Shown here: one piece after another, positions 54,478-56,085 of the stretch | Position numbering within the stretch: the stretch's first letter is position 1 | Layout: each line of letters starts with the position of its first letter | Assembly (NCBI RefSeq): GCF_006345805.1 | Contig: NW_021833765.1 | Coordinates: 1-56,085 of the forward strand | DNA: 56,085 bases | Direction of reading: 5' to 3' | DNA from: Octopus sinensis | Lineage: Eukaryota | The notes under the pieces: generated by a model | What the model saw: only the letters and a program-made list of their open reading frames with translations | Database searches by the model: none | Told to the model about the DNA's origin: nothing | Program-made: the position numbers and the translations under genes

Positions 54478-54517
54478 AAGAAATTACCGGTTTCGCGTGT
54501 AGCTTTTCAAATTTCTT
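54478..54517 (-). ncRNA. Minimal type I hammerhead ribozyme, U3-A8 core variant
   Basis: Exact reverse complement of 55603-55642. Confidence 0.75.
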
Positions 54518-55602
54518 GAGACGTTATGTTTATATTGCATGGAATTATCGTTGTTTTTATTTCCAGGAGATTTCTAAATAAGGGGAGGTAGTGAGTGATT
54601 TTTTCCGGTGTAGGGGAGATAATCGCTTAAAAAATTTTTTTTCCCATTTCCTTGTTAATTTCTCTGTGTCAGTATGTTCGGATGGTTGAGTCTGGGTTTG
54701 TACTTTTCAATGAAGAATGTTTCCAATTGACAGACATTACCCAGCTCAACTCATAGAGGATGGGATCAGACGTGCAACAGAAATCAACATAGAAACTTTA
54801 AGAAAAGTTCAACACAACAACACACCTTCCCCGAAAATACTACCTTACATATCCACATACAACCCCAGAAACAAAGAAGCCTTCACCATCATCACCCAGA
54901 ATTTACCAATACTTCATAAAAACCCAAAATTAAAGGAAATTCTAAACATACACCAAATCATTAAAAGCTACAAACAGCCTAAATCACTTAAAAAGATTCT
55001 CACAAAGGCAAAATTGTCTTCTAAAATTACGGATGCAAAAGTTAAAAAATGTGGTAGATCGAACTGTGCAACATGTCCTAACCTATTGGAAGGATCAGAA
55101 TTATTCTTTAAAGAGGGACAGAAATTTAAGATCAAATCTAACTTTACTTGTGCCTCTGAAAACATAATTTATGTTATTAAATGCTCGGGCTGCCACCAAG
55201 ACTACGTGGGTTCCACGGGACTATCACTCAGGCGCAGATGCACACTGCATCGACAACAGATTGCATTCCCAGAATATAGAATGATACCTTTTAGTGAGCA
55301 CATTGAGAAATGCGCAAAGCAACTACTGCCACAATTTTTTATCTTCCCATTTTACCAATGTGCTTTCGGATCATCAACACAAATGAGACTGAACAAGGAA
55401 ACATTCTTCATTGAAAAGTACAAACCCAGACTCAACCATCCGAACATACTGACACAGAGAAATTAACAAGGAAATGGGAAAAAAAAATTTTTAAGCGATT
55501 ATCTCCCCTACACCGGAAAAAATCACTCACTACCTCCCCTTTTTAGAAATCTCCTGGAAATAAAAACAACGATAATTCCATGCAATATAAACATAACGTC
55601 AC

Positions 55603-55642
55603 AAGAAATTTGAAAAGCTACACGCGAAACCGGTAATTTCTT
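55603..55642 (+). ncRNA. Minimal type I hammerhead ribozyme, U3-A8 core variant
   Basis: AAGAAAT (helix I) TTGAAAA GC-TACAC-GC (helix II) GAAA CCGG TA | ATTTCTT (helix I'); predicted cut after 55635. Confidence 0.75.
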
Positions 55643-55809
55643 TAAAAATTTTAAAATTATGTCATTTTAAGGAAAGGAAAAAAATTTTTCCAATATTCTC
55701 CAGACATTTTGACACAAATATATATATTTTTTAACATTTAAGCCTTCTGTCGTTTTTTCACACTTTACTATTTTCTTATATATATATATATATATAGACT
55801 TTTTTATCC

Positions 55810-56085
55810 GCGGCGAGGCAATGGGAGCAACAACCACAGGAGCATCACAAAATCCACAGAAAGACCAAACACATACAAAACTTCATATACTCATTTATAT
55901 ATATATAGCCCAACATTTAGATCCTAATCTACACATTCTTTCTGATAAAGCAGGGAATATTTATTCAGTGCCTTATGAAACTTATGATGAATTGATATCC
56001 ACAGAGCTGCAAGCTAAACACAAAATCGCCAAGAAATCGGCTCTTACCGACATTAATAATAGACACTACGACTTAATTTCTGAAT
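55810..56085 (+). mobile_element. Decayed Penelope-like RT N-terminal fragment, runs off the window
   Basis: ILSDKAGNIYSVPYETYDELI resembles the PLE 'ADK..NIY..Y..L' region. Confidence 0.45.

Larger units (their letters stand above)
54305..55782 (+). mobile_element. Penelope-like element, 5'-truncated, with inverted pseudo-LTR, inserted in (TA)n
   Basis: Open ORF 54717-55466 (LPYISTYNP, CGRSNCATCP, IIYVIKCSGCHQDYVGST = GIY-YIG); 54336-54724 is a near-identical inverted copy of 55397-55782. Confidence 0.92.

Overview
AT-rich eukaryotic genomic DNA. The SINE families, microsatellite density and element repertoire suggest a mollusc, probably an octopus-type cephalopod; this is an inference and cannot be confirmed without a search. 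About three quarters of the window is mobile-element debris and microsatellites. The elements are Tx1/L1, CR1, Hero (R2 superfamily), R4/Dong and RTE LINEs, Penelope-like elements (PLEs), tRNA-derived SINEs, Tc1/maT/mariner and hAT transposons, Helitrons and a gag-only Gypsy remnant. Only one host coding exon is supported: 40103-40302 (+), a signal peptide plus LRR N-terminal cap, so the right part of the window is probably intronic. Nearly all ORFs in the track (poly-I/N/Y/H, CVCM, HTYI) are microsatellite artefacts. The most notable observation is that three different PLE-type elements carry minimal type I hammerhead ribozyme folds whose core reads UUGANAA instead of CUGANGA, a compensatory U3-A8 swap of the C3-G8 core pair that standard motif searches would miss. 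Second, a head-to-tail chain of five R4/Dong insertions in (AAT)n arrays spans 28.1-36.8 kb. Boundaries of decayed elements are approximate, and family assignments come from motif recognition rather than database searches.
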